Virus record (IMG/VR): IMGVR_UViG_2887663082_000001
Span: 1-64,000 of that record
Direction: 5' to 3' (one strand)
DNA length: 64,000 nucleotides
Source of the DNA: a virus
Taxonomy: Duplodnaviria; Caudoviricetes
Shown here: positions 19,404-28,703 of the stretch, in pieces
Layout of the letters: each line of letters begins with the position of its first letter
Numbering within the stretch: the first letter of the stretch is position 1
The notes under the pieces: generated by a model
What the model was told of the DNA's origin: nothing
The model's database searches: none
Seen by the model: the letters and a program-made list of their open reading frames with translations, nothing else
Program-made: the position numbers and the translations under genes

Positions 19404-19798
19404 AAGGTGGGCAGTTTCATAAAAGGTGTACAGTTTCATAAATCTTCAAATCCTTTTCGTGAAAAGGTGGGTATCTTCATAAACAGAGCCATACCTCTGA
19501 GAAAAGGTGACCACTTTCATAAAGAAGTGACCTTGTAACTTACATATATTGAGCTGTTTTCAACCAAGGTGACCACGTAACAACCAAAAAGGTGCGTGGT
19601 TTCATAAGTGGATATAAACACAGTTATGAAAGTGGTCACCTTTGTCGTGTTTTTTATGAAAGTACCCACCAGCCACCAGAAAACCCCCCCATATTTTTAT
19701 GAAACTGGTCACCTTTTTATGATTCTGCACACCCTAAACAAAAAAGGTGAGCACCCGTTATGAAAGTGCCCACCTTTTTTATGAATGTGACTACCTTT
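19404..19798. repeat. incA-like copy-control iteron array
   Basis: About 11 copies of TTATGAAAGTGGTCACCTT-like units, about 5 on - then about 6 on +, downstream of repA. Confidence 0.9.
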
Positions 19799-19833
19799 TC
19801 AGCCCAAAGAATGAATCAGCTATCCCTTTCTTT

Positions 19834-20745
19834 TTACTCGCCTTTTCCTTTCGGTGAATCCAATTTTAGGTTCGGCTTACGGGCAAGTATAGTGAACTGA
19901 ATTTCGCGCCCCTTTTTCACTTCCTTGTACTCCAGATATCCGATCTTCTCCAAATCGGCCAAGGCCTTTCTGATGGTCTGGTTCTGTGTCTTCACCGGAG
20001 AATCCAACAATAAGCGCTCACGGAAGCGTTTCATCGTCATAAACAAAGGGCCGGTATTCGATGGCAGACTTTCCAGATAGATGTACAGCGCCTGGGCGGC
20101 TTCTTTACGGGAGAGGTTAGACAGGGGTTTAAGGCTAAGCAGAATTTTATGGTCCCAGCGATATAGCTCCCAGAGATCCTTATCACCCACCAGCTCTACA
20201 ACATCCTCATTTTCATCAAGCTTTGCCTTCTGGACCAAGTGGCTAACCATATTTTTTGTGCCATCTTTACTGGTAAAGCCAAGTGTGACGCTCGCGATAT
20301 TAAAAAGTGATTCCTTCAGCCTGGTGCGGGCGCGCCCATTAAGGTCGGTCGGACGCAGGCCGCACATGCGACCGAACTCTGAAAATGAAAGGGTAATCTT
20401 CTCGCTTTCGAAGCCGTATTTAGAGAAAGCTGATACTATGCCTATCCAGGCTTTAAAATCAGTGGACATATTGAGCTTCGCGCCCTGTATGCGGATCTTC
20501 GTGTAGCCCTCGCGGCGGGCGATTTCCAGCGTCGATAGCTCTTCTGAAGCATCAATCATGAAGTCCCGCTTACCGCGTTCCTTGGGCGCGACCGGCGTGA
20601 ACACGCTCAGGCGCAATAATGCCCTTGGTTGAACGCTTTTATCATCGCTTGGCACCAGCATGTAGTCTTTACCAGTTTCACGGTGAACCACGAACGGATG
20701 TTCAGGGTTTAAGCTATCATCTGTCTGATTTTCAGTCGGTTCCAT
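19834..20745 (-). CDS. repA: Plasmid replication initiator RepA (P1/RepFIB-like)
   Basis: SVQPRALLRLSVFTP, EGYTKIRIQGAKLNMSTDFKAWIGI and KEAAQALYIYLESLP motifs; flanked by iterons. Confidence 0.92.
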   Translation of the reverse strand: MEPTENQTDDSLNPEHPFVVHRETGKDYMLVPSDDKSVQPRALLRLSVFTPVAPKERGKRDFMIDASEELSTLEIARREGYTKIRIQGAKLNMSTDFKAWIGIVSAFSKYGFESEKITLSFSEFGRMCGLRPTDLNGRARTRLKESLFNIASVTLGFTSKDGTKNMVSHLVQKAKLDENEDVVELVGDKDLWELYRWDHKILLSLKPLSNLSRKEAAQALYIYLESLPSNTGPLFMTMKRFRERLLLDSPVKTQNQTIRKALADLEKIGYLEYKEVKKGREIQFTILARKPNLKLDSPKGKGE

Positions 20746-20883
20746 CGTCTACACTCAGATTTTCCCGCTTACACACCTGTTGATAACAATGTGCATAAAC
20801 GGTGATTAAAATTTTCATCATTCGCAAACAAAAGCAAAGGATGTTTTTGATTTTTAATGAGTATTCTAAGTTACTCACAAGTC

Positions 20884-21120
20884 TGTGGATAAAATCACAA
20901 AAAATTATGAAAGTGTCCACCCTTGAGTTATGAAAGTGTCCACCAAAATTATGAAACTGTCCACTATTTTTATGAAAGTACCCACTTTTTTTATGAAAGT
21001 AGTCACCCGAAGTGCTGTTTTCGTTTTTTAAATCATGGGTTTACAGGCGCGGTGATCTTTATTGATCTGTATATTGATCTATATATTGATCTAAAAGACT
21101 ATGATCTACGGTGTGGATAA
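20884..21120. promoter_or_regulatory. Iteron replication origin (oriR-like)
   Basis: DnaA boxes TGTGGATAA at 20884 and 21112; five iterons at 20905, 20928, 20949, 20970 and 20991; five GATC sites at 21054, 21064, 21076, 21088 and 21103. Confidence 0.92.
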
Positions 21121-21154
21121 TAATAAAAGGGCACCCCGAAGAGTGCCGTATGTT

Positions 21155-21646
21155 TTAGGCTACCTGAGCCAGCTTACCGCCAAAGCGTTCAAAAGCCGAA
21201 AGTAAAACCTCAATCTTATGCTCACACTGCCCGTAACCCGCGCCTGGGAAGCTTGCCCAGATGTTAGAACATTTCTCAATGGCACGGCTAATGTAACCGT
21301 CCTCGATGTCCTGTACGGCGCGACGCTCCTTCAGCAGTTGCATACAAAGCTTGTCCTGGCTCTCCGGACTGAAATCTTTCAGGCCCAATTGTTCTTTGTA
21401 AGTCGGCCAGAATTTATAGAGCACCTGATAACCGCCGGAAGCAGTCGATCTCTGCCCTGCCTTGTTAAACACCTTGCCCGGACGCCCGTTGGCAAATGGA
21501 TGATCGCTATAGTCAGTAAAGACCTCAGGTTTGCCATCGCTGCCGGTAACAATCACGTCATAGCCTTCGTTCGTTGTAAGTGGATGCTCCAGCGTACCTT
21601 CAGAGAAACGGATTGTTTTCATAAAAGCTTGGATGTTCGGATTCAT
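21155..21646 (-). CDS. Endolysin, lambda R-type transglycosylase
   Basis: IRFSEGT, GYDVIVTG, STASGGYQ, DFSPESQD and WASFPGAGYGQ motifs. Confidence 0.92.
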   Translation of the reverse strand: MNPNIQAFMKTIRFSEGTLEHPLTTNEGYDVIVTGSDGKPEVFTDYSDHPFANGRPGKVFNKAGQRSTASGGYQVLYKFWPTYKEQLGLKDFSPESQDKLCMQLLKERRAVQDIEDGYISRAIEKCSNIWASFPGAGYGQCEHKIEVLLSAFERFGGKLAQVA

Positions 21647-21740
21647 GTCTACTCCAGATGTAACTTATGGAAAAATGGAAGCAGACAAGTCAGTAGTAAT
21701 CTCACAAGGACGCCGAGAGGTGTCCTTTTTCTTTTGATGG

Positions 21741-21760
21741 ATGCTACAGAAAGTTACATC
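21741..21760 (-). promoter_or_regulatory. Late promoter of the endolysin gene
   Basis: ATGTAACTTT-ctg-TAGCAT on the - strand. Confidence 0.65.
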
Positions 21761-21809
21761 CTGGCGGGGAGAAAAAAACAGGCGATCAAACGCCGCCTGC
21801 CATCAATCA

Positions 21810-22139
21810 TCAAGATACAGCGTCGCTCTGAAATTCTTCACGGCTCTGTTGAAGCTCCGCTTCCATTTCTTCATACCAAGTATCTGGCACGCCAGTGGCT
21901 GTTACAGCTGTCAGTGCGAAAACGCGTAGCATCTCGTAAGGGGCGCATAACGCACCATCGATCGGGTAAATCCCCTGAGCGCTTCCCTCTGCAGTAGCTG
22001 TGATGATCCAAAACAGGTTGATAATGCTTCGAACATTAAAATCCCCGGAAACCTCGAAGTTACAAGGTTCAAGCGCTTCGTCACCTAAGAACGTGACAAC
22101 CCCGCTGCGGCTGCCATCGGAAATCTGAATAGTAATCAT
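21810..22139 (-). CDS. hxr: Hxr-like protein
   Basis: 109 aa; last gene of the dar operon by P1 synteny. Confidence 0.5.
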   Translation of the reverse strand: MITIQISDGSRSGVVTFLGDEALEPCNFEVSGDFNVRSIINLFWIITATAEGSAQGIYPIDGALCAPYEMLRVFALTAVTATGVPDTWYEEMEAELQQSREEFQSDAVS

Positions 22140-23833
22140 CAGTGAGCCTCCTTCAGCACACCGGCCACAAACTCGATCAGACCGTCGTTATTGACCAGAG
22201 ATATAGCCCCTGAATGCGGTTGAGCGAGATACTCAAAGCCTGAGGAAAAAACTTCGGTGAAGGTGGCTGAATTGATCGTCGTGCCCCCGTAAATTTTCCC
22301 GATGTAGGGAGAGGATAAATTATCGGCTATAGCGATCTCTTGGTCACCGTAAACACTGTTTTCATAGAATCCATTCAGTTTAGCTATTGCGTTGTTGTTA
22401 CCCTGGGTGCGTTCGGCAAGGTAGACGCGAGCCATCATCAGATAGTCAGGATTCGAATACTCAAAATGATGCCCCACTTCATGCCAAAGCGTTTTCTTCC
22501 CGCCACGAGGGTTAAGCGAAATGGATTTATCACCTCTGTTGGCAAAAGAGCGGCCACGCAGAATGTTGATGGTTTTCAGTGTGCGAATGCGACCACGTGC
22601 GAGCTTAAAGACCTCTTTGAGATCTCGTTTGAAACTACCTTCAGCACCGCTATACACATCATATTCGTTGATTAATGCGCTGCTGATTTTGATACCGGCG
22701 AACCATTCCTCTGACTGTGCATCATCCACCTCAGAGGCATCCAAGAGCTCTTGACCGAGGAGTTCAACTTGCGGGATTACTTTCTTGATCGACGACTGGA
22801 TCACATCTTTAAGCCATTCGGCACTATGGCTTGGCCCAGTGTTTATGAAATTGGCACAACCATCTTTCGCACCAGGGCTCCCGAAACCGAACTTGCCATT
22901 CAGTAACGCGGTACGAACTGCATCAGCTCGTTCACCGTAGAGGTTACGAACATTAACCCATTCCAGCGATGCCCCGTTTTTGCTATCAAGCATGCTTGCT
23001 ACATCGGCCTTCGCCTCCTCAATTCGATCAGGCAACGACATAGATTGCAACAGTTCAGTCCCTGCAACTTTAGTCCGTTGGTACGCTTCAGGAGCCTCAT
23101 CTGAGGTAAGCGTGAGCTTATTAGGTTCCTCGGTGCTAACGGCCATCATTCTGAAGATATTCATCATGCTGCCGTCCAACAAATCTTCGACGCGGGAATT
23201 AACCGCAGAGATCGCTGGGAACTTAAATTTAACGTTGTCGATCATGATTGGGTACAGAATGTCCCTCAGTATCTGTGCTGCAGCATCTTTTTCGCCGGAA
23301 TCACTGGCATGTTTCCAGCCCAAGACTGCACTTCGAAGGCGGAAGAAATCCCCTGATACGAAAATAAATCGCCATATTTTCTGATTCTCGATCGCCAGTG
23401 GATGCACTTTTGCCGCTTCCCCTATTGCCTTCAGGAAATCGTACTTATCAATGCCGAGCACCTTTTTAGCGGCGGCATACGTTTTACCCAATACGGCGCT
23501 GGCGAGCGTTGTGAACGTGTTAATGTCGCTATCGCTTGCGTTGGTTTTGGTACACAGGTCAGAGAAACGGTTAACGATGAAGCGGAAGTCGCTGCCACTT
23601 ACGGCTTCACGATCCCAAAAGCTGAGGATCGCTTCTGACAGGTCATCGACGTTGCTGCATGTGCCAATGATGGCTTTGGTTTTCTTGTCTGTTTTCGGGG
23701 CTTTAAGCGTGGTTTTTAACATAGATCCAGATCCAGCCGCCCGGATCGTTGGATCTTCCGGGCGGGTGTTGTCGTCAGGCGGCCTGTAAAGCGCTCTCGT
23801 TAATCCAAGTAAGTGCGCCTGCCTTGATATCAT
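22139..23833 (-). CDS. ddrB: DdrB-like protein with HExxH motif (start uncertain, perhaps 23722)
   Basis: Follows ddrA; TLWHEVGHHFE and TEVFS zincin-like motifs. Confidence 0.6.
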   Translation of the reverse strand: MISRQAHLLGLTRALYRPPDDNTRPEDPTIRAAGSGSMLKTTLKAPKTDKKTKAIIGTCSNVDDLSEAILSFWDREAVSGSDFRFIVNRFSDLCTKTNASDSDINTFTTLASAVLGKTYAAAKKVLGIDKYDFLKAIGEAAKVHPLAIENQKIWRFIFVSGDFFRLRSAVLGWKHASDSGEKDAAAQILRDILYPIMIDNVKFKFPAISAVNSRVEDLLDGSMMNIFRMMAVSTEEPNKLTLTSDEAPEAYQRTKVAGTELLQSMSLPDRIEEAKADVASMLDSKNGASLEWVNVRNLYGERADAVRTALLNGKFGFGSPGAKDGCANFINTGPSHSAEWLKDVIQSSIKKVIPQVELLGQELLDASEVDDAQSEEWFAGIKISSALINEYDVYSGAEGSFKRDLKEVFKLARGRIRTLKTINILRGRSFANRGDKSISLNPRGGKKTLWHEVGHHFEYSNPDYLMMARVYLAERTQGNNNAIAKLNGFYENSVYGDQEIAIADNLSSPYIGKIYGGTTINSATFTEVFSSGFEYLAQPHSGAISLVNNDGLIEFVAGVLKEAH

Positions 23834-24119
23834 CGAAAGTCAGATAAACGCTCTGGAAGGGCTCCAGCGCTCTCAGAGTGGCAACAAAGTCCGTAGCGCT
23901 TTGTTTGTTGTATTCACCGGCGAGAAAATCAGTAACGATTTTTGGAACTCCGGGCTCCTCTTCTGGCTTGCCCGAAGTGCCATACCCCAGTTTGACTAAC
24001 ACATCGTCAATCTGATCACTGAGGTCCAGCAAAGCAATGCCGGTTGCCGATTTAGCTTTTCCCAACAACTCATCTAACTGGTCTGAAAGATCTAAACGTT
24101 CGAGAGCACTCAGTTTCAT
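23775..24119 (-). CDS. ddrA: DdrA
   Basis: MKLSALERLDLSDQLDELL...LLDLSDQID..L..LGYG matches recalled P1 DdrA. Confidence 0.75.
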   Translation of the reverse strand: MKLSALERLDLSDQLDELLGKAKSATGIALLDLSDQIDDVLVKLGYGTSGKPEEEPGVPKIVTDFLAGEYNKQSATDFVATLRALEPFQSVYLTFDDIKAGALTWINESALQAA

Positions 24120-25477
24120 GCTGCCGCCCCTCCCTGAGCCACACGAGCCAGCAGATCAGATAGGTGTTGGACAGCCGTGTTAACCAGCTCTTCGTTTTCG
24201 TCGTAAATACCCGCAGCAGTGAGCGCGGCAATAGCTTCACGAACAGCACCGCGAGCATTACGGATCTCCACCAGATCCACGCTATCCAGTTCCGTGATGC
24301 CCTTCAGATAGTCAATGGCCTTTTGCGCTTGTGCATCAGCTTCTGGAGGGGTTTTATCTGGTTCTGGCTCAGTTTCGGTTAAAGCCGGTATCCCTTCACC
24401 GAAATCGATAGCTGTCTTCAGGCGTTCGACGTTGCGCTCCGTCGGATGAGCAGAAAGCTTCTCAGAGAGCTCTGAAAGCTCGTCAGAGCTAATATTCTTT
24501 GTATCTGCCCAATGAGCTACCTGATCTTCTGTATGGCCGGTACGGGCCGCTACTGCGGCAGCTGCAATCATGAACGGCGAAGGTTCATTCTCAACAGGAG
24601 GAACTGGCTTCTGCTTTCTTGCTTCAGCTTCACTTTTCGCTATCTCGATCTGTTTCTGCAGATCCTCGTTCAAATCCTCCTGCTTAGTGGCTTGGGAATT
24701 CAACGTATTGAGCTGTTGGGACAGACTAGTGACGCTTGCTTTGAGCTCATCACCACTATCGACCAGCGCGAGCTGCTGCTCCAGCTTATCGCCCTGCTCC
24801 TGAAGCACTGCGATCTCATTTTTGACAGCGGCCTGGCGCGCCTGCGCCTTCTGAAATTTTGCGGTATTTCGCTCAATCAGGTTGGACAGCGCCATCGTTA
24901 CCTGTTTCAGCGAAATATCACGACCGTTCGCCGGTGACACAACATTGGTTACATCACGCTTATTAAGCAGAAAACGAAATGCTACAAGCGTATCAGTGGC
25001 GGTTATCGTTCCAACGTTCCCGCTTGGGCTGTGGAAAATTAGTGTGATGCTCTGGCCGTCGGATAAAGGGATTTGAGCTGGCATAACAGCAACTCCCTGA
25101 ACCTTACGAGCGCGACCGATATTAGCGCCACCAATCGACTTGGTGCCGTCCTCCACTTCTCCTGCCGTGTCATTACCAGCGGTAATCCCGGTACCGTTAA
25201 GAGACTGATTTAAAGCTCTTACGAATGCTCGCATTGTGGCTGCCAGGCGCGAACGCGTGGACGTTATGGCTTCGAGCATCAAATCTTCTTCCGGAAGCGC
25301 CGGAACATCGTAAAAATAGGTGCTGGTAAATTCTTCGAGCGATAGCGATTCCAGCATAAAGTGTTCGCCTTCATCGGAATGCAAGTCCTGGAATATCTGG
25401 TCCGTGATTTGAATGGCGGGCAAGTCCTGGCGGCTGGAAAGAATAAATCCTGAGTTGCGGTTTATGGTCTTAAGCAT
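24116..25477 (-). CDS. darA: DarA antirestriction/head protein
   Basis: MLESL and MLEAI processing-like motifs; LSDGQSITLIFHSP, FRFLLNKRDVT..VSP; coiled coil; 453 aa. Confidence 0.85.
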   Translation of the reverse strand: MLKTINRNSGFILSSRQDLPAIQITDQIFQDLHSDEGEHFMLESLSLEEFTSTYFYDVPALPEEDLMLEAITSTRSRLAATMRAFVRALNQSLNGTGITAGNDTAGEVEDGTKSIGGANIGRARKVQGVAVMPAQIPLSDGQSITLIFHSPSGNVGTITATDTLVAFRFLLNKRDVTNVVSPANGRDISLKQVTMALSNLIERNTAKFQKAQARQAAVKNEIAVLQEQGDKLEQQLALVDSGDELKASVTSLSQQLNTLNSQATKQEDLNEDLQKQIEIAKSEAEARKQKPVPPVENEPSPFMIAAAAVAARTGHTEDQVAHWADTKNISSDELSELSEKLSAHPTERNVERLKTAIDFGEGIPALTETEPEPDKTPPEADAQAQKAIDYLKGITELDSVDLVEIRNARGAVREAIAALTAAGIYDENEELVNTAVQHLSDLLARVAQGGAAA

Positions 25478-26102
25478 CTGGGGCTCCCAGTTTATTGAGC
25501 TGATCCTGAAGTTGGACGGTAACTGCCTTAGCCGTCGCCAGGCGTGTCTGTGCGTCCTCGACGCGCCGGGAGAGGTCTGATTTTTGCTTCGTAACGGTAT
25601 CTACTGTTTGCTGAAGGCTGTTTACGTTCTTAGTGAGTTCATCCCGGCGGTCTTTTGCTTCTTTGAGCCGCTGAACATTGGACTTTACTGCTGGCCGAGT
25701 GCTGGATGTATCAATGACGCGCTTTGCTTTTTTTGCGAGGCTGTCACTAAATTTTTTCGCGTTCTGCTTAACCGTTGTAGCGAGGCTATCGGCAATTTTA
25801 GAGAACGTATCTGCATGCACAGCAGGAATTGGTTTGCCGTTTAATTTAAAGCCAGAAAAGTCCCCGGAGTCGTTGATCTCGGCCTGCAGCTCTTGCCCGT
25901 CAACGAAACGTAGTGATGCGGTTTTCACACTGAGGCCATTTTTTTTGGATGCTCTGTTACTGGCCGTAACGTTCTCAACGGTAAGACCTGATTTTTTAAG
26001 GGCGTCGATAAATGGCTTCAGGCCTTTCTCAGTTACCTGGTCAAAATTAACCTGAGCATAATTTTTGCCATTCTTGGAACTCAAACTGTTAGAGGCTGGC
26101 AT
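25470..26102 (-). CDS. hdf: Hdf
   Basis: YAQVNFDQVTEKGLK and KSNVQRLKEAK; between lydB and darA. Confidence 0.8.
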   Translation of the reverse strand: MPASNSLSSKNGKNYAQVNFDQVTEKGLKPFIDALKKSGLTVENVTASNRASKKNGLSVKTASLRFVDGQELQAEINDSGDFSGFKLNGKPIPAVHADTFSKIADSLATTVKQNAKKFSDSLAKKAKRVIDTSSTRPAVKSNVQRLKEAKDRRDELTKNVNSLQQTVDTVTKQKSDLSRRVEDAQTRLATAKAVTVQLQDQLNKLGAPDA

Positions 26103-26536
26103 TAGTTCGCACTCCCAAGGTTAATTTCAAACACTTTCTGAGCATCAAGTTGCAGGGGAAATATTCGGTAAAGTGGGTTGTAGAATGAATCACCATGTAG
26201 AATTTTCACATTGATTATCCACTGCCCCGACGGAAGGATAAGACGATCGAGAGGGATATCGAGATACTCGCAGTTCTCTCCCTTAGAGGCGTGTTCAAGA
26301 GTACGCCGGTTGAAGGCGACAACAGTTGTCGGGCATCGCTTATCTCTGAGGGTAAACTCGATAGTCGCACCAACCAGTCGAGATGATTTAACGTTAAAGT
26401 AAACAGGAACGCGCAGATGCCCTTGCTCTACTTTGTGATCGCCGACGCAGAGGTTTTTTACCGTCGCGCGTTGTAATGCCCAGCGGTCGGCAGCCATCGT
26501 GATGCTGGCTCCCGCGACCAAAATCCAAGCAAACAT
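26102..26536 (-). CDS. lydB: LydB-like lysis regulator
   Basis: N-terminal TM, DRW motif and NPLYRIFP; synteny. Confidence 0.75.
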   Translation of the reverse strand: MFAWILVAGASITMAADRWALQRATVKNLCVGDHKVEQGHLRVPVYFNVKSSRLVGATIEFTLRDKRCPTTVVAFNRRTLEHASKGENCEYLDIPLDRLILPSGQWIINVKILHGDSFYNPLYRIFPLQLDAQKVFEINLGSAN

Positions 26537-26862
26537 TATTTGCCTCCCTTGGTGAAGATTTGAGTGATTATTCTTGCAACAGATTCGGTGTTTATCTTTC
26601 TGGCCATGTGGACGACCTCATAACCATTGTTGCTGGAGAGCAGAACGGAAAAGTAGATAATTGGCTCATCGAATTTCTGGTGCCGCCCAACGTAATAGGC
26701 CATTAGCCCTGCTGTTACCGCATATGAGATCGTCGTCAGAAAATCTAAGACTGTTCCCTTAACCTTCCCCTCTCTCAGTTCCATCAGGAAAACTCCTGTC
26801 CCGCTGAGGATGGAAAGGCCGACGGCGATGGCTATCGGCAAGATGTTGTTGCTGATCAGCAC
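26536..26862 (-). CDS. lydA: LydA-like holin
   Basis: 108 aa; two to three TM segments; SNNG motif; GTG start; first gene after a late promoter. Confidence 0.78.
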   Translation of the reverse strand: MLISNNILPIAIAVGLSILSGTGVFLMELREGKVKGTVLDFLTTISYAVTAGLMAYYVGRHQKFDEPIIYFSVLLSSNNGYEVVHMARKINTESVARIITQIFTKGGK

Positions 26863-26895
26863 CTCGGACCTCGTTTCAAGTTTTTACGGGGTCCG

Positions 26896-26914
26896 AGTGT
26901 ATTGAAAGTTACAT
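26896..26914 (-). promoter_or_regulatory. Late promoter of the lyd-dar operon
   Basis: ATGTAACTTT-caa-TACACT. Confidence 0.7.
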
Positions 26915-26950
26915 TTGGAGGGAGGGGGGAATCTTCACTTGGGTGCCTTC

Positions 26951-27595
26951 TTACTCCAGAGCCTTCTCCCAGAAGGTCTTTTCGTTGTGATAATGCTCAT
27001 CCGCCAATTCAGTGAGTTGCTCACTGAATTCTTCCATTCGTGCGGCCGGAAATTTTCTATATAGGGTTGATATGCCGACATCAAAAATGATGGCCACCTG
27101 GTTGCGGGACATACCGTCGAGGATGAGTCTGCCCATTTGAGCCCATTGCGCCTCAGAGTATTTGGGGCGACGCCCTCCAATCCGTCCCTGCTTACGTGCA
27201 ATCGCCAAGCCTGCTCTTGTCCTCTCAACGATCAAATCACGTTCCATTTCAGCAAGGGCTGACATTATGTGGAAAGTAAAACGGCCCATTGATGTGGATG
27301 TATTAATGCCTTCAGTCAGTGACAAAAACTGGATATTGTCTCTCTTGAATCTTTGCAGCAGGTCAGCGAGATTTATTAGCGAGCGCCCTAACCTGTCCAA
27401 TTTCCAGACAACGACGGTATCTCCGTGTCGTATTTTTTTAAGTAGTTTATTTAGGCCAGGCCTTTTCGCCTTAGTTCCGGTCATTTTATCTTCAAAAATT
27501 AGCTCACAATTTGCTCGTTCAATTGCTTCACGTTTTAACTCCGGGTTTTGCTCAATTGTTGACACCCTGACATAGCCAATTCGCATAAATTTCAA
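26951..27595 (-). CDS. cin: Cin-like DNA invertase (serine recombinase)
   Basis: IGYVRVST..QN, VVVWKLDRLGRS and C-terminal HTH; adjacent to a cix site. Confidence 0.93.
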   Translation of the reverse strand: MKFMRIGYVRVSTIEQNPELKREAIERANCELIFEDKMTGTKAKRPGLNKLLKKIRHGDTVVVWKLDRLGRSLINLADLLQRFKRDNIQFLSLTEGINTSTSMGRFTFHIMSALAEMERDLIVERTRAGLAIARKQGRIGGRRPKYSEAQWAQMGRLILDGMSRNQVAIIFDVGISTLYRKFPAARMEEFSEQLTELADEHYHNEKTFWEKALE

Positions 27596-27649
27596 CCTAT
27601 TTTTGGTCTCTGAAAAGTAGGCAAATTGTAACGCGTAGTTTTGATCGAA

Positions 27650-27675
27650 TTATTAAAAATGTTCGTTTAGGAGAA
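27650..27675 (+). other. cix-like crossover site (left)
   Basis: ttattaaaaatg-TT-cgtttaggagaa, inverted relative to 29058-29083. Confidence 0.8.
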
Positions 27676-28056
27676 GCCGCGAAAAGGAATGTCGGTTCTG
27701 GCACTAATCAAATCCCTGATATGTCTTTTTTTGCCTCATCAAGAGGAGGTAATGGATACTTTTCTTTACCTGATGGCACTATCGTACAATATGGAAGTGC
27801 TACAACAGTCAGAAATAATGAAGTTGGAGTCGTAACTTTGCCATTCTCATTCCCTGTAAGGTTTTCTCAGGTTTTGATAACCCACGACGATGCTTCAACT
27901 ACAGGTGCAATTGCTTTTGGATCTGCCACTCCGAAAACTGTTTCAACGTTTCAGGTGGTTGTACAGAAGCTTAATTTTAATACCTCCACAGGTGCAGTCA
28001 CCTTAAGAACCGAAGCTTCACCGTGTTACGTTCGTTATATCGCAATTGGGAGTTAA
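27664..28056 (+). CDS. Silent alternative tail-fibre tip (Sv')
   Basis: The frame from the crossover reads RLGEAAKRNVGSGTNQIPDM, versus RLGEAAKRNVGTGTNQIPDM in the expressed fibre. Confidence 0.85.
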   Translation, partial: RLGEAAKRNVGSGTNQIPDMSFFASSRGGNGYFSLPDGTIVQYGSATTVRNNEVGVVTLPFSFPVRFSQVLITHDDASTTGAIAFGSATPKTVSTFQVVVQKLNFNTSTGAVTLRTEASPCYVRYIAIGS

Positions 28057-28060
28057 TTTC

Positions 28061-28269
28061 ATGCAAAACAAATATAGCCCATCGTTAAATAATTTTTTCT
28101 AGCTTGTTTTATGCGTCGTTATAAACAAGCTGGCACATTACCTAGTGACTCAATAGATATTCCTGATGAAATGTTTAATAAATACGCGGGAGATCCGCCT
28201 GAAGGGATGATGAGAGTGGCGGGTAAAGATGGATTACCCACCTGGACGGAAATTATTTACTCGTCATAA
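28061..28269 (+). pseudogene. Frameshifted, short tail-fibre assembly gene (U')
   Basis: MQNKYSPSLNNFF* then another frame ...YKQAGTLPSDSIDI...PPEGMMRVAGKDGLPTW; one extra T in the T6 run (28093-28098) would restore the frame. Confidence 0.75.
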
Positions 28270-28303
28270 TATTTTCTGGGTTGAACGCATCGCTATAATT
28301 AGC

Positions 28304-28702
28304 TTATATCGATGGCGTTGAGGGCCACTCCGGGTCTGTTGTATCAACGCGCATCAGCAGAACCCGGTATTTTTTCCATTCAGTAAGCGCGGCGGTTTCT
28401 TCTTCCGTCGAAATACCTGCATCAACTGAATCTTGTCGCCATGCTATTTCTGAATCTGCAATAGCGCGTAGTGCTGATCTTTTATCTTCGTTTGCAGCAA
28501 TAATTTCATCTTGAGTTGGGGCTGGTATGTCTATCCATAAAGGAAAACCATCATCACCAGCCACACGGCACTTACCAGGGGGCGGGGTCTCAGAATATTC
28601 GTTAAAAATAGCCTGTTCAATTTCGACAACATCAGACGGCATGCCAGAATCATTGAAGCCAGAAATATAAAATCCATTATTGCTAGGACTATAAAAATAC
28701 AT
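28304..28702 (-). CDS. Tail-fibre assembly chaperone (U/Tfa)
   Basis: YFYSPSNNGFY, PPPGKCRVAGDDGFPLW and WKKYRVLLMRVDT motifs. Confidence 0.9.
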   Translation of the reverse strand: MYFYSPSNNGFYISGFNDSGMPSDVVEIEQAIFNEYSETPPPGKCRVAGDDGFPLWIDIPAPTQDEIIAANEDKRSALRAIADSEIAWRQDSVDAGISTEEETAALTEWKKYRVLLMRVDTTDPEWPSTPSI

Positions 28703-28703
28703 A

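Noticed and set aside
19404-19798. Repeat cluster as a CRISPR or mini-array
   Set aside because: Degenerate units in both orientations that match the origin iterons flanking repA.
26951-27595. Transposon resolvase
   Set aside because: No transposase or terminal repeats; inverted cix sites and tail-fibre cassettes identify an invertase.
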